From Asterionella formosa (lineage: Eukaryota), in NCBI GenBank assembly GCA_002256025.1, contig NKIB01013971.1:1-49306 (forward strand): a stretch of 49,306 nt of DNA, written 5' to 3'. Shown in pieces: positions 1 to 11,700 of this stretch (positions are counted from its first letter, which is position 1; the number at the start of each line of letters is the position of its first letter). The position numbers and the translations under genes are program-made. Below the pieces are notes generated by a model, which was not told the origin of the DNA, searched no databases, and saw nothing but the letters and a program-made list of their open reading frames with translations.

Positions 1-821
1 ATGACTACACGACTATATTTGGAAAGGAACCAAAGAAAGCCTCAACGCCGGGATTCCCGGGAACGGTCCTAAGTAAGAACCGAGGAGAGACGATCAAGAA
101 TAAGGAATATCGCTCCCTCGTTGGAAAGATACTTTACTTCGTGAAGAAAATATCGCCAGTATGCGCCAACGCATGTCGTGAATTGTCACAGCACCTCGAC
201 AACCCAGGCGAAACGCACTGGCAAGCATTGGAACGCCTACTCGGGTATTTGTGTCTACATGGGGACATTGCATGCAGAATGAAACTACGTGCGCCCAACG
301 AGCTACGTATACAAGATGTCGTGGACAGCGCCTTCGCCTCTAATCCTGATACACGAAAAAGTGTCAGCGGTTATTTAGGCACGATCGGAGGGTGCGCCCT
401 AATTCACTGGATATCAAAAGGACAGGACATCGTAACGCAATCAAGCACCGAGTGTGAATATGTCGCACTCAGTAACGGCTCAAAGGAAACTGTCTTCGCA
501 ACGAATCTACTGGGCGAAATAACCACCATCGTGATGCCTAGTCTAATGGGTGAGGACAATACCGGTGCGATTTATTTAACGAAAAATCATCAGGTCGGGG
601 CACGTACAAAACACATCGACATCAGATACCACTATGTATGAGAACAAGTCGAAAACGGGACGATTAAGGTTGACTACGTCAATATGGAAAAGAATCCAGC
701 AGATGTTCTAACTAAAAATGTCACGGACAAGATTATGAACATGCACAGATACGCGATCCAAAACGGGATGATGGATTGTTGGAACAAGAAGGAGAGTGTT
801 AAAGTGAGCTCATCTACGTAG
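1..821 (+). mobile_element. Ty1/Copia LTR retrotransposon pol 3' end (RT C-terminus and RNase H), with one premature stop
   Basis: Frame 3 reads YRSLVGKILYFV...HWQALERLLGYL...DSAFASNPDTRKSVSGY...QSSTECEYVALS...EDNTGAI...RTKHIDIRYHYV*EQVENGTIKVDYV...NPADVLTK, which are canonical Copia motifs. TGA at 639-641 sits where Arg (CGA) is expected. The frame ends at TAG 819-821. Confidence 0.95.
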
Positions 822-1405
822 TTAGGACTCGGAGTCAAACGAGTCAACCGATTCGAATGAGTCAACTTTGATGTACCAAGCTCTCATCAACCACACATTA
901 TACCTTGTTACTCCGACTATAATGAGCCGAACAATATAAGCTTTTTTGGAAGACCGATAGTTTGAAATGAATGATCATGTTTAAAAACCTATGATCAGTA
1001 AGTGTGAGATAGACATGGGTCTATCTATGATTGTATGTTCCTAGAAATGCAAACAGCATTTGGAGAATAGTTTGTTTGTTTTGTTCAAACAGAACAACCT
1101 AAACTAGATTAGTAAGCTCACAATAAGAATATAGAAACGGAAAGAGAAACGAACGTCTCTATCATACTCAGTAATAGACATTAGATTGGTAGCGCAAAGC
1201 TACAGTTTCATAGTAACAGCGTAGTAATAGGTACAGTTTCACTGTAGCCACGTCATGTTCCGACCGGGTATTGAGACAAGGGGAAGAAGGGAAGAATGCT
1301 GGTAGGGCAAACCAACAGTTTCACAGTACCAGCGTAGTAATAGGTACAGTTTCACCGTACCGGGTATTCGAATTCCTGTTAAGTCTTGTATATTTTATCT
1401 AATCA
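797..1405 (+). repeat. 3' LTR of the Copia element (right end uncertain)
   Basis: A purine-rich tract (AAGAAGGAGAG, 786-796) is followed immediately by TGTT at 797. There is an internal direct repeat CAGTTTCA..AGCGTAGTAATAGGTACAGTTTCAC at ~1203 and ~1316. The candidate CA end is TCTAATCA at ~1405. Confidence 0.6.
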
Positions 1406-1595
1406 TAAATACTGGTAGGCTATTAAATGTTCCTTCAAAAAAGTTACTAGACATACAGAGATGTATGTTATACACACTTTTTGAAGAAGAGGAAATGTTG
1501 AGATATTGTTAAAAAATTCATGCCGGTAATGCATTCTATTCCACATAACAAACTGATGAGGGAATGGTGATAGAGAGCCTTCTACCGGTATCAAA

Positions 1596-2385
1596 CCAAC
1601 CGGTGAGAAGAGGTAAGTTATATGATTGTTTTGCTTCTCAACTGTGGCTACCAAGGGGCTTATGATCGGTACCGTGTGAGACCGGAAGCAAACTATAAAA
1701 TTGTATCGCTGTTCGTGTGCGCTGCTACCACTCAAAGTTTCTACACTTCCTCAGGACGAACGATAAAAATCAACCTAATTACGCAAGAAACCGCACTTAA
1801 TATCTTTGTGCACAATGCTGCAGAGGGTTTGTAGTGTCTGTGTCCAATAAGTTGGATTTCGACATTAATAACATCTTTCCCTTGTTCCATAATGCAGATG
1901 TGAAGGTTAACAACGCTACCTGTCACCCATCAATCAACAGTGAGAGCATAGGTAAGTTACTATACTCACATTTGATGCTCATTATGTCGATTGGAACGTG
2001 AAGTGTGTTATATGGATTGTTTATGTCATCAGTTCGTGGTACATGTGTGGCTGGAGATGCTTCAATCGTTGCAACACTTTTGCTAACATTGATATTATCT
2101 CCTCAAAATCATACAGGAACCTTGGAGAATGTGGCTTGCTACCATTCTTAATGGAAGCAACAATCAACCATGAGAGCACAGGTAAGTTATATGCACATTG
2201 CCTGCTCATACGGAAATTGGAGTGATGGATTGTTCATGTGATCGTTTTGTTGCACATATCTTCGTTTAGATGCCTTGCTTACTTGATGCAACAGTTTTGC
2301 TAACATTGTTGTTATTATCTCTAACAGGAAAGTCACACAAGAACATTGGAGAATGTGACTTGCTGCCATTCGCAATGGTAGAGGT
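1596..2385. repeat. Degenerate tandem duplication (2-3 units of ~230-340 bp)
   Basis: TGAGA..AGGTAAGTTA recurs at ~1603, ~1941 and ~2171. CAACA(C/G)TTTTGCTAACATTG and GGAGAATGTG(G/A)CTTGCT(A/G)CCATTC each occur twice (~2072/2288 and ~2123/2348). Confidence 0.6.
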
Positions 2386-2795
2386 TCGAATAAAGCATCA
2401 TCAATTTCGTTTACTCTCTCATTTCATTTTGAAAAGGCAATGATCTAAACAAAGCTTCCGGAAGTGAAAATTGAGGTATTGAAGACCACTGTGTGCTCAT
2501 TCTGATAGAGGATGCACAGTGGAAAGTATGGGTCACCAGAAGTAGAATATTTGAGTATTAAATAGCAATCCATTTATTTCGATTTGTGTTCATCATTGAT
2601 CGAACATGATAATAGGTTTGATCAATGAGAGAAATAAGTTAGATCAGTAGTAATAAACGTCAGATTGAAAGCTAAAAATTCTATTTGATATTACTAGCAT
2701 TCCAAAGGTTAGACCGAATAAATAACTGATTTGATCTCACAATTACTATCTTTAGATCAAACACCAAAACGTTAGTTGAAATCAATCATTTTTTT

Positions 2796-2872
2796 GTATG
2801 ATCAATCAGTATTTCTGTATGATCATTCAGTAATTCTGTATGATCAATCAGTTTTTTTTGTGTGATCAATCA
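2796..2872. repeat. ~21-bp minisatellite, ~4 copies
   Basis: TGTATGATCAATCAGT(A/T)TTTC-like units in tandem. Confidence 0.8.
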
Positions 2873-3772
2873 AAAAATAATACGTCATACTGAGAATTTT
2901 TGGGGCAGTGGGTCTTACAGCAAAACTGTTAGGCCTAACGGTTTCTTATTTACAGACGAACACCAGGAAGAGGAGGCAGGATGTCGTGGCCATGATTTAA
3001 TCGCATCCAAGGAACCCACATGAGTTCTTGGGTAATTTCCAGGTGCCCAGATTTGAGAGGTGCTGCTGGAGGGTAGTGTTACATACAAAGAAAGTTCTTG
3101 TTGGTACCTTTGATGGGATCAAAATTGGATTTTGCATTCAACAATCCACCCATCAACCCATCTATCAGCCTTACAAACTGGCTAGAATGGGGGATGATAC
3201 ATAAGTGCTCCATTAAAATAGTGGCATTCCTGTTCATCATTCCAATAGCCTATAATTGACTAGCAACTGTTGTTAGCATATTGGCCTTGTCCATGTTACT
3301 TTAGTAGTTATAGTTATTCATCCGGTGCAACTATCATTGATGATGGTGTCTGGCATTGCATGATTGCCCTATCCATCATCTGCAAGAGGGGCGTCCAAAA
3401 CCAATCAACACTTGGCAACTCATAAATTATTGATCAGATTACACTATAGGAATAGGTGGACAACAATTGCTTTTATGTATTCACTCCTACTACACGTTTC
3501 CGTACACGACATAGTGGACGAGGAATTCTATTTGTTCATTCATGTCCTCAAGTGCCTGATGTGAAATATGATGGCAGACCACACAAAACCACAAATCGCT
3601 GGCGCGATAGCAAGAAATTCTTACCGGTAGATTACCGGTACTGTGATATATCCGTAAATAAATGCATATATTCGTGACTGCTCGGCCGGTTGATTGTGTC
3701 AATTCAACAATTATATTCATCCATGATCAGCTGTCGTCAAGAACAAATAATTGCTTGAACATATCTGCATAT

Positions 3773-3781
3773 CGGGGGGCG

Positions 3782-3829
<48 letters not shown>

Positions 3830-3892
3830 GGGTGGGGGNNNNNNNNNNAAAAAAAAATTGTTTCAACTATATTCTTAACCCCCCCCCCCCCC
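3773..3892. other. Scaffold gap flanked by poly-G and poly-C tracts (probable sequencing/assembly artefact)
   Basis: A long G run, 10 N, an A run, then a C run. Confidence 0.8.
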
Positions 3893-3904
3893 CTGTTACG
3901 CACC

Positions 3905-5096
3905 ATGAAGCTGTCAATATCCATAGCGCTAGTAGGAATCACGGGGCTGGCCTTGTCTGGAAGCCTGTTGCTTGTGACAACATGGAGAACGTTTTTTCAT
4001 TGTTGGTCCTGTTTCCGCCGTGGTGAATGTCGTTCCTTCGCCATGTTTACTCCGCGACGAATATTCCATTCTCTGTTATGGTGAGTCGCTCAGTCCCCTC
4101 GCACCTCACATTGTGCCGCCGCGTTATTCATGCCTCCCATTTTGCAGGCTCGCCATGACAGTAGAAACCGTTGCGTATTCCGACTTGGCCGGACTGTTGC
4201 CGCTGTCGCACGATCGAGCTGCGGCCGACAAGCTCGGCTATGTTTTGCTCGAAGTGTTTGGAAGATCCATCTGTGAGTTTATTGCCTTTTCGGTCGTGAC
4301 ACTTCTGTGGTTCGAAACAGCAATTCAAGCGCGCTTTCGAAGCCGGGACGAAATTAATGCGTGCTTGGCTTGTTTACCAAAGGTGCTCCTAGGCTTGATA
4401 TGCCTTTTGGTCTGCGTCTCACTGATACAAGCTGGAGACATCCTGCTTGCTGGAACACCCTACCAAAACGGGCAATACCAGGGATCAACTTTGGCTCTTC
4501 GCTCACATTTGCTCATTGAAGGACTTTCGTGGGGGTTTCACGCCTTGCTCGCCATGCTCTGTGGTGTCATTACTGCCAAGCGCATATTGTACCTATCGAC
4601 TTGGTCGCAAAGTGGCATCATGACTCGTCTAAGACTTATGGTCAAAGCGCTGTTGCCTATGATTCTATGTGCCCTCTGCTATGCAACAAGATCCATTTGG
4701 TTGATCACGCAATTCACTACCATGCCAGTTGCACCCACACATAGTGCTCGGCGATCAAATCTAGGCTGGTGGATTGGCTTTGTGTGGATTCCTACCTTTT
4801 TGCCATCCTGTATGCTACTGTATTCAGCAAGAAAAAGAGATCGCCTGTCAACTATTGGCGACGAATCATACACATCGCCACTGTTACCAATGCCTGTGCC
4901 ACCAGCAGAAGCCTTTATTTCGTTTCGACGCTTTACTGAGCATTGTGGTGAGATACTGTCGCCCTTCACACCGCTGAGGACTGGTGGGAATGATGATGAC
5001 GATGACGATACAATTGATTTTTTGGAGGACGAAGGGAGCATCCAACTATCCAGAGATGGTTCAATATTGATTACGATGGACGATCGTCACGACTGA
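3905..5096 (+). CDS. Multi-pass membrane protein, THH1/TOM1/TOM3 (GPR137-like) family; join(3905..4080,4148..5096), 374 aa
   Basis: ATG at 3905. A 67-nt intron GTGAGT...TTTGCAG (4081-4147) joins ...RRIFHSLLW to LAMTVETVAY in frame. There are ~7 hydrophobic segments, and RRIFH..L and F.AFS..TLLW resemble the TOM1 family. The gene model is well supported; the family call is by eye. Confidence 0.7.
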
Positions 5097-5240
5097 TCGT
5101 CTGGCGAAAGAAAAATTCGTTGTTATCAGAATAAAAGTGGTACTTTGCCCAGTAAATTTATGACAACAGAGTTGTAACATTAAATCTGTTATTTTTAAAT
5201 GATTTTCGCTTCTTGAGCAAGGAGCAAATTGTAGCTGTCT

Positions 5241-6230
5241 CTAATCCTTTTCGTCTCCAATTACAGAGCGTCTACCAAAGACAGACCCAACCAAGAATTG
5301 CTTGTGGTCGACCTTTTTGGAAGGTGTGACTCCCTCAGGGAAAATGAGCCGATCAATTCGAATGGTTTGCTTTAGCTTCAGTCCAGTGCACTCGACGTTG
5401 ATATATTCTGGAATTGGCTGACCCTCCTCCACAATACATGAAATGAACCGATCAATGGGCACAATGAAACCACCTCTCTTTAACGCGTTACTTTCTTCCT
5501 CGTTCAGATATTTTAAGGGAATTTTGATGGGCCGGTTCGGATGGTACCGCAAGTAGTTGAGGCAATAAATCCTGTTAACGACAGGGTGGTATTGCATATC
5601 TCGAGGCATGACACGGTGTAGGGATCCAACCTTGTCTTCCTCGTCTTCGTAGATTGTCAAATCGTAGACTCTGCTTTCAAACGAGTGGTGGTAGAGCGTC
5701 AACTCTCTGAAAATCTGGCTCCAGCTGGTTTTGACCATTGTCTTGGTGCCTGGATCGTTAGGCCTGGTAATGTTTTGTGTGGGATCACCGCCATATAGCA
5801 ATCCAGGAATGAAGGCTTCCTTGTCTCGCAATCTGTAGCATCGTTTTGTGCCCTCTTCCGTCACAGGGTCTCTCTTGAAGCAATGCATCGTCCGAATGTT
5901 CAAGGCTGATCGAGACGCTTCCAGGGGATCCAGGGGAAGGGGGTCAATTTTGGTTCCCTCAGGAACAGCTCCTTCACTACCCATGGGATCTTGTACCTCC
6001 TCGGGAAAATTGGCGAGAAAATATGCTTGAAGGACGGGGTCCGCGTCTAGTTGTGCCTTGTTCACGCCGACGACATACTTGGAGGGGTCTTGAAATCGAT
6101 CCAGCTGGCTGCTTAGACTTCGTTTGCCAATGGCAATGCCAACGCTAATGCGGATTTTATTGCTGCCGCTGATCCTTGGAGATGCAGATGCAACGCCGCG
6201 GAGAAAAGCATGGAGAGAGCAGGTAGTCAT
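5241..6230 (-). CDS. Ribosomal protein bL25 (L25/TL5/CTC family), probably mitochondrial
   Basis: 329-aa ORF with an Arg/Ser-rich N-terminal presequence and motifs IPGLLYGG, VMPRDMQYHPV..RIYCLNY, IPLKYLNEEES.ALKRGG and IPEYINVECTGL. Confidence 0.9.
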   Translation of the reverse strand: MTTCSLHAFLRGVASASPRISGSNKIRISVGIAIGKRSLSSQLDRFQDPSKYVVGVNKAQLDADPVLQAYFLANFPEEVQDPMGSEGAVPEGTKIDPLPLDPLEASRSALNIRTMHCFKRDPVTEEGTKRCYRLRDKEAFIPGLLYGGDPTQNITRPNDPGTKTMVKTSWSQIFRELTLYHHSFESRVYDLTIYEDEEDKVGSLHRVMPRDMQYHPVVNRIYCLNYLRYHPNRPIKIPLKYLNEEESNALKRGGFIVPIDRFISCIVEEGQPIPEYINVECTGLKLKQTIRIDRLIFPEGVTPSKKVDHKQFLVGSVFGRRSVIGDEKD

Positions 6231-7490
6231 GGTGATTTCTAAGTCTGTCTATGCAATCAGCCCTACATACTAAACTTACATCCTGCTTCACATTCGGTAG
6301 CTATCCGCACTCCCTCTACGTACCAGGGGTACTATGAGATATGATCCTTTCTTTTTGCTGTTCCGAGGCGCCAGGCAGGAAGAGAGAATGAGATGTGATC
6401 CGTCATCAATTATCATACCGGTACCTACCTGCTACACAGTGGCACCCGTAATACCTGTATTGAAACATGAGTAAAATACATCTACCGGTATATCTTCCTG
6501 TTCACATGTTTCGAAGTAACTTTGACACAATTACCATTGACAATTCAAATTTATCTGGGGCCATTTTGACTCCAACAATTTCCTCCATCTTCATTGCCCT
6601 ATTGTGCAGCTTGATCTAAGGTACGGATCCATGTATGTAATGTACAGAGAAAGGTTAAAATTGGCAACTACATTTGAAATAAACGTATTTTTGCCTTTTT
6701 CGATTTCCACTTTTGCACATCTCGAGCGAAATGCAGATATCTGACCCCCTTTTTCTTGCCACCACCTCTTCTCAACAAGCATATGAGAAAGGATCTAACA
6801 TCACAAGAGCATCAACTTGTGTTGGATTATGGTCTGCAGAACCTCCAAAAAGGACCTGAGGGAGGGGAAAAATAGATTGTTTGCTTGTTTTAGAGTGTGG
6901 AACCATTAATTTTTTGGTGGGCCAGTTCAAAATTGATAAAACAACTATAAAAAGGATTTGGAACTGCGTGCTTTAATCCAACTGTTATAATGGTTATACT
7001 TACGTGTTAGCATCGCTTTCCCACAAATTCTTGACTGGGTGCATATACTCGCAAATACAATCATGAAGAAATAATTGCAGCGATTGAAGATATTCCATAT
7101 CACAAGAATAATTAATATTGTAAATTAATTTTTCTTCCTTGACATGACAAGGTTGCTTGGAAGAGATTATTTTTGTTAATGGCGACAACAATTATGATGT
7201 ACCTCACATTAGGAAGGCGGCACTGGAACGGGCAGGGATTCTACCTTATAGGTTAGCAGCTGGGGAAGGAGCAATTAAGTTGGCCCACAAATTCCTGGAT
7301 GATCTGTTTTCATAGAAGGGTGCTGTGACGGTAAGGTATTTTCGTCTCCGGCACCATTGCAGCCGCAATGGATCAAAAGATGTTCACCTTTGTTTAAAAT
7401 TATATACTAGCACTGGTTGTTAATTCTAGTATATGTATTGTCTTCTACTTATAGTTTCGATGAGTTGGATAATTATAGTTAGATTTTTAT

Positions 7491-7949
7491 CTACACAGCA
7501 GTAGAAATATGAATTTCCTCCTTAACAGCATCTTCAATTTTGACCCTAACGTCGAGAAACATGAAAAGAGCAACTCCATAACCTCGTATGTTTATTCGTC
7601 TTTTTGCTTCCGCCTTAGAGTCTTTTAGCAGTTCAATAAATATAGCAGCACGGTAAACATAATTTGCGGCCTCGAAAATGTCGTGTGCAATTCTCCTTGC
7701 AAGATACCCAACTCTGCACCTTTGACCTTCTGGATGGAGGTCACAGTCCATGGTCTTCTGGATAGCGTCCTCGAGTTCTTAGAGACGAATCTTGTCCAAC
7801 ACAACACACAAAGAGAAGAAAACCCCAGAGCCAACATTTACTGTTGATCCGCAACAGTGATGATGGGTGAAACTGAAACCATTGTTTCTGGCCATCAAGC
7901 CAAGGATCTGACAATCAGGAACAGGCATATTGACGATGTCAATATCCAT
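7491..7949 (-). pseudogene. Degenerate small Cys/His protein (HIRAN-like), probably transposon-associated
   Basis: One frame from ATG 7949 reads MDIDIVNMPVPDCQILGLMARNNGFSFTHHHCCGSTVNVG...KIRL*ELEDAIQ...GQRCRVGYLARRIA, with one internal TAA. The pattern I.GL...NG....H.CCG..V...C.VG(Y/F)L.R resembles a stramenopile HIRAN-like family. Confidence 0.5.
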
Positions 7950-9795
7950 TTTGACAAAAATGATGAAGCAAAATCAAAGCATTAGTGTTGCTTGATATAT
8001 ACATGTACCCAATATAGTATAAATATGTTGGATTGGTTTCGATTAATTTGTTTAGATTATACACTGTTGGTAACCATCAGCACCATATAAGCCACCATCC
8101 CCAGTTTAGATGGAAGACATTTGTGGTGCTCCTTTGCAAGAAAGAAAATACTTTATCCATGGGCATGCTAGAGTATCAAAGAGGAATAGTATATGAATTT
8201 TATACAGTTTGCAAAGTCCTCTGTCTGTAATTTTGCTGTTCCAATGTCAATCTGACAGCACGTGACACAAAATATACATACAAATGTTGGTGAGACTTGC
8301 ATCATACAAGGAACATATACTCCCTCTGATCAACTATAGTTGCAACCAAACTTTAGGTCACTGCCTCTCATGAAGCGCAAGCTCCAATAACTCTCTGCCT
8401 AACCAAATGATGTGGATGATGAATGTTCTAAGTAATCTAGAATAAGGTGAACCCGACTTCGCCTTTTTTGCGCTTTTTTCGTAGAATTGCGCCCCGATTG
8501 GAATGTTTGCTCTGGATACCCCTTTTCGTTGACCCTTTGTTAGTCAATAGACAGAAGAAAGACATAAGAAAAAGGATTTAGCACCAAAACAGCGACAATC
8601 ATTTTGCAACCTCAAAAGGGGGGCTGATGAGATTGTCGACATAGATGCCACTGGACAGCTCACCATCATAAATCCAGGCGTGCACCTGTGCATGTACCAA
8701 TGTCACCATACGTACTTATTGTGCTCAATCGTACATGCTATATGTACTGTACATTTAGTCCATGTTTGAACGATGTCACCTTGCATGTCTATCTGATCAT
8801 GATATACTGGTAGATGAGGAGGTGCGCAATGGTAAAGCCTATGGCAGAAGAACCAATCATTCTGTTTATGCAGGTGAGCCTTCTAGTAAATTGACAAATG
8901 CAGATCCAAACAGGCAGCAGAAAGCAACAAGGCATTTCTTGTGTGGCAAAGATAACAGGCAGGCAAGCAAGGACTGACAACTTCTCAAGGGCAGCAGTCC
9001 GCTGTGTTCCTGCAGTGATTCAACATCATAACATGGTTGAGATATCAGATACAATGAAAAAGAGCTTCATAAAGACACACACATCAATGATACTCCAAAA
9101 GCTGACATTTGCTCAAGGGTTAAATATCAAGGACTTCCAGCAATAACCCAACTGACAAAAGAGAAGAAACAGTAGGACAACTGGCAAAAGCAAAATGACA
9201 TGAGAGGCAAATCAATAACTAATGGCAAAAGCAAAAAATGACATCAGCAACAAATCAGGAACTACTCGTGATAGCCAAACAGGACAAAAGTCAAGGCATA
9301 TTTCCTTTATTCTACAAATACAGGAAATCCAACAGACAAAACATGAGAAGTGTGGCTGAAAAGGAAACCATTACGCAATCTACACCTGACATCCAATTCT
9401 CCTGCTGACATAGGCAGCACAGTCAAAGAGGATCAATTCAAGAGCAAAGCTATCACACATTTTTGAACTCAACTTCTGTGTGAGGAAGTGACTACCAGCC
9501 ACAATTTCCATGGCCCTATCTTGCATGACCATAGAGCCCAAGGACTGCAAATCTAGAAATAGACTACTGGGAGAAGGAATGCACTGTAAAAATTTTAAGT
9601 ATATATACACTCATAGCATATAAAATGTATGCATATATTATGTAGACTATAATAGACAATCCATTCCATGTAGCATAGCACCAAATTTGAAAGGCAAATG
9701 TAAGATGGGTTGGGGGTAACCCCCACTGCATCCTTATGCATGTTTGGATGTGCAATTTTGAAAGTGAATGATAGTGGACCCCAAACATCAAAATG

Positions 9796-10743
9796 TTAAC
9801 CGAGGTTGTACTTATGACGGATATCATCTTCTGGAATGCCACCCAGTTGCATGGATCTCTTGGTAGCAGCAACAACAGCAGAAATTGTTGCAGCACGAAA
9901 ACCTCTAAATTGTTAAATAAATTCGCAAAAAAAACCGTATAGTTAGCATAGCGAAGCCAAAACGCGGGTTTTAAACATTCTGAAAAAATGCACTTACCCT
10001 TTCTCCAATGCCTCAACTCCAGCAATAGTGGTCCCTCCAGGTGAGGTTACCTCATCTTTCAGTTGCCCTGGATGTTTTCCGGTTTGGATCACCATCTCAG
10101 CAGCCCCCTTGACTGTTTGGGCAGCAAGCTGCATGGCAACTGCTCTTGGAAGTCCAGATCGAACACCTCCATCTGCTAGCGCCTCAATGAACTGAAAGAC
10201 ATATGCCGGTCCTGATCCGGATAGGCCAGTGACAGCGTTCAATAGGATCTCGTCAATTTCCGATGCCAATCCGACCGAGCCAAAGATGGATTCTACAATC
10301 TGACGATCGTTCACATTTGCAAGCGTGCCAAGAGCATACCCAGTAGCGGCTTCGCCGACTAGGCATGGAGTGTTGGGCATGACACGCACAACTCGCCGAC
10401 CAGGCAAGCCCTGTTCCAGGGTGGCAATGCTCACACCAGCAGCAATACTGACGACAAGCGCGCTACTTTCCACAACGCTCACAACGTCAGCGAAAATCAA
10501 GGGAATGACATTTGGCTTGACTGCAAGTATGATCACATCCTTGGCACGTTCGCAGACTTCCCGGTTTGATGTTGTCGCGTATATCCCCTTGGCTCTGGAA
10601 GCGGATAAGGAAGGCTCAAAACGGTCGGAGCACGAGATGTTTGCTGGTGATTGAACCACTTTCTTTGCAAGGAGACCATCCATGAGGGCGGATGCCATCA
10701 TTCCGGAACCGATAAAGCCGACCGATAGTTGGCGTTCCGACAT
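9796..10743 (-). CDS. proC: Pyrroline-5-carboxylate reductase; join(complement 9998..10743, 9796..9904), 284 aa
   Basis: Motifs VGFIGSGMMA, LAVKP, VVSIAAG, RVMPNTP, TGLSGSGPAY and VTSPGGTTIAG. A 93-nt intron GTAAGT...TTTAG (9997-9905) restores the C-terminus GGFRAATISAVVAATKRSMQLG...*. Confidence 0.97.
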
Positions 10744-10789
10744 CTTGACGGTACGTTTATTTGTTGTGTCGGTGACAATCAATACATTA

Positions 10790-10879
10790 GCGAGTTGCGG
10801 TAACTTTGCTGAAGCTAAAGCTTTAGCTAATTTTATCCCAGATTAAAATGTTAGTTAAAGCAAAATGACCGCAACTTGC
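10790..10879. mobile_element. ~90-bp MITE-like element with 21-bp TIRs (copy 1)
   Basis: GCGAGTTGCGGTAACTTTGCT ... AGCAAAATGACCGCAACTTGC. The interior aligns with the reverse complement of 26931-27020. Confidence 0.8.
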
Positions 10880-10929
10880 ACTGGTATGTTATCATGGACT
10901 TGATGGTATCATGCATATTTTGGTATGTA

Positions 10930-11420
10930 GATGTCATTATAACTCACAACAAAAATCTTTGATTTAAATTATCCTGAAAGAATGAAAAACAAACATGTGT
11001 CAGTGATATTCTAACAGTGGCTCATTGATCCAACAAGAGCATTTACAAGTTTTTGGTCGACATTGGTGGTATCCCGATGAATGCGAAATGTGCTTTTGAA
11101 TTGCTAGAGAAGGAGGTAATCATTTTGTCTTTGTGAACCCAACAATTGATCACCTTGGCATGTACTCTTGACATACCATAGCTAGATTCAGTTCACTTTT
11201 CCATTTCCAATCCTTCTAAGCCGTAAGGTATATTATCATTGTGTGCGTTGAAGCGTCGTTCTTTCAGTTTTCCTTGCTTATCACAGGGCAGAGATTATCT
11301 TTCATTTCAGGATCATGTGGTATCGGTAGGCATAACAAGGAACCTCTAAACATGATTTCAAATGTATAGGCTATGTATACATTTATAAAAATTTGAAAAT
11401 GTAAAAATATATAGACATAA
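10930..11420 (-). repeat. Dispersed repeat core; inverted copy of 41395-42045
   Basis: Colinear reverse-complement blocks, e.g. CATTTTGTCTTTGTGAACCCAACAAT vs ATTGTTGGGTTCACAAAGACTAAATG and ATCTTTCATTTCAGGA vs TCCTGAAATGAAAGAT. Confidence 0.8.
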
Positions 11421-11484
11421 TGTTTATACTATTATTACAACTTTTAGCTTGTTTGATCTTACTTTTAACCTAAGTATGAGGGGA

Positions 11485-11700
11485 CAATAGAAATCAATGT
11501 CACCTTGTTTGTATGAGAACAACGTGTTATTGCGTCCCTGCCATCACCAATAGACGATACCAATGTCGTCACCTTGTCTGTACAAGAACGTGTTGTAGCC
11601 TGAGTACGAGGTGACAATAGATACCAATGTCACCTTGTTTGTACGAGAAAGTGTTATTGCGTCCCCTTCATCACCAACAGATACCACTGGTGCCACATTG
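11485..11700 (+). repeat. ~60-bp tandem array (~3.5 units), same family as 42185-42471
   Basis: Units of AATAGATACCAATGTCACCTTGTTTGTACGAGAACGTGTT. Confidence 0.85.

Noticed and set aside
639..641. Programmed readthrough, selenocysteine or an alternative genetic code at in-frame TGA codons in TEs
   Set aside because: TGA falls at expected CGA positions, TAA/TAG stops and frameshifts also occur in the TEs, and the host gene at 3905-5096 ends in TGA.
1186..1200. TGGTAGCG as a primer-binding site implying a tandem Copia copy
   Set aside because: No gag follows, and the sequence appears to lie within the LTR's internally repeated region.
3662..4084. Poly-Gly/poly-Pro ORFs across the G tract; possible G-quadruplex
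   Set aside because: They span an N gap and homopolymer runs typical of sequencing artefacts. The real gene starts at ATG 3905.
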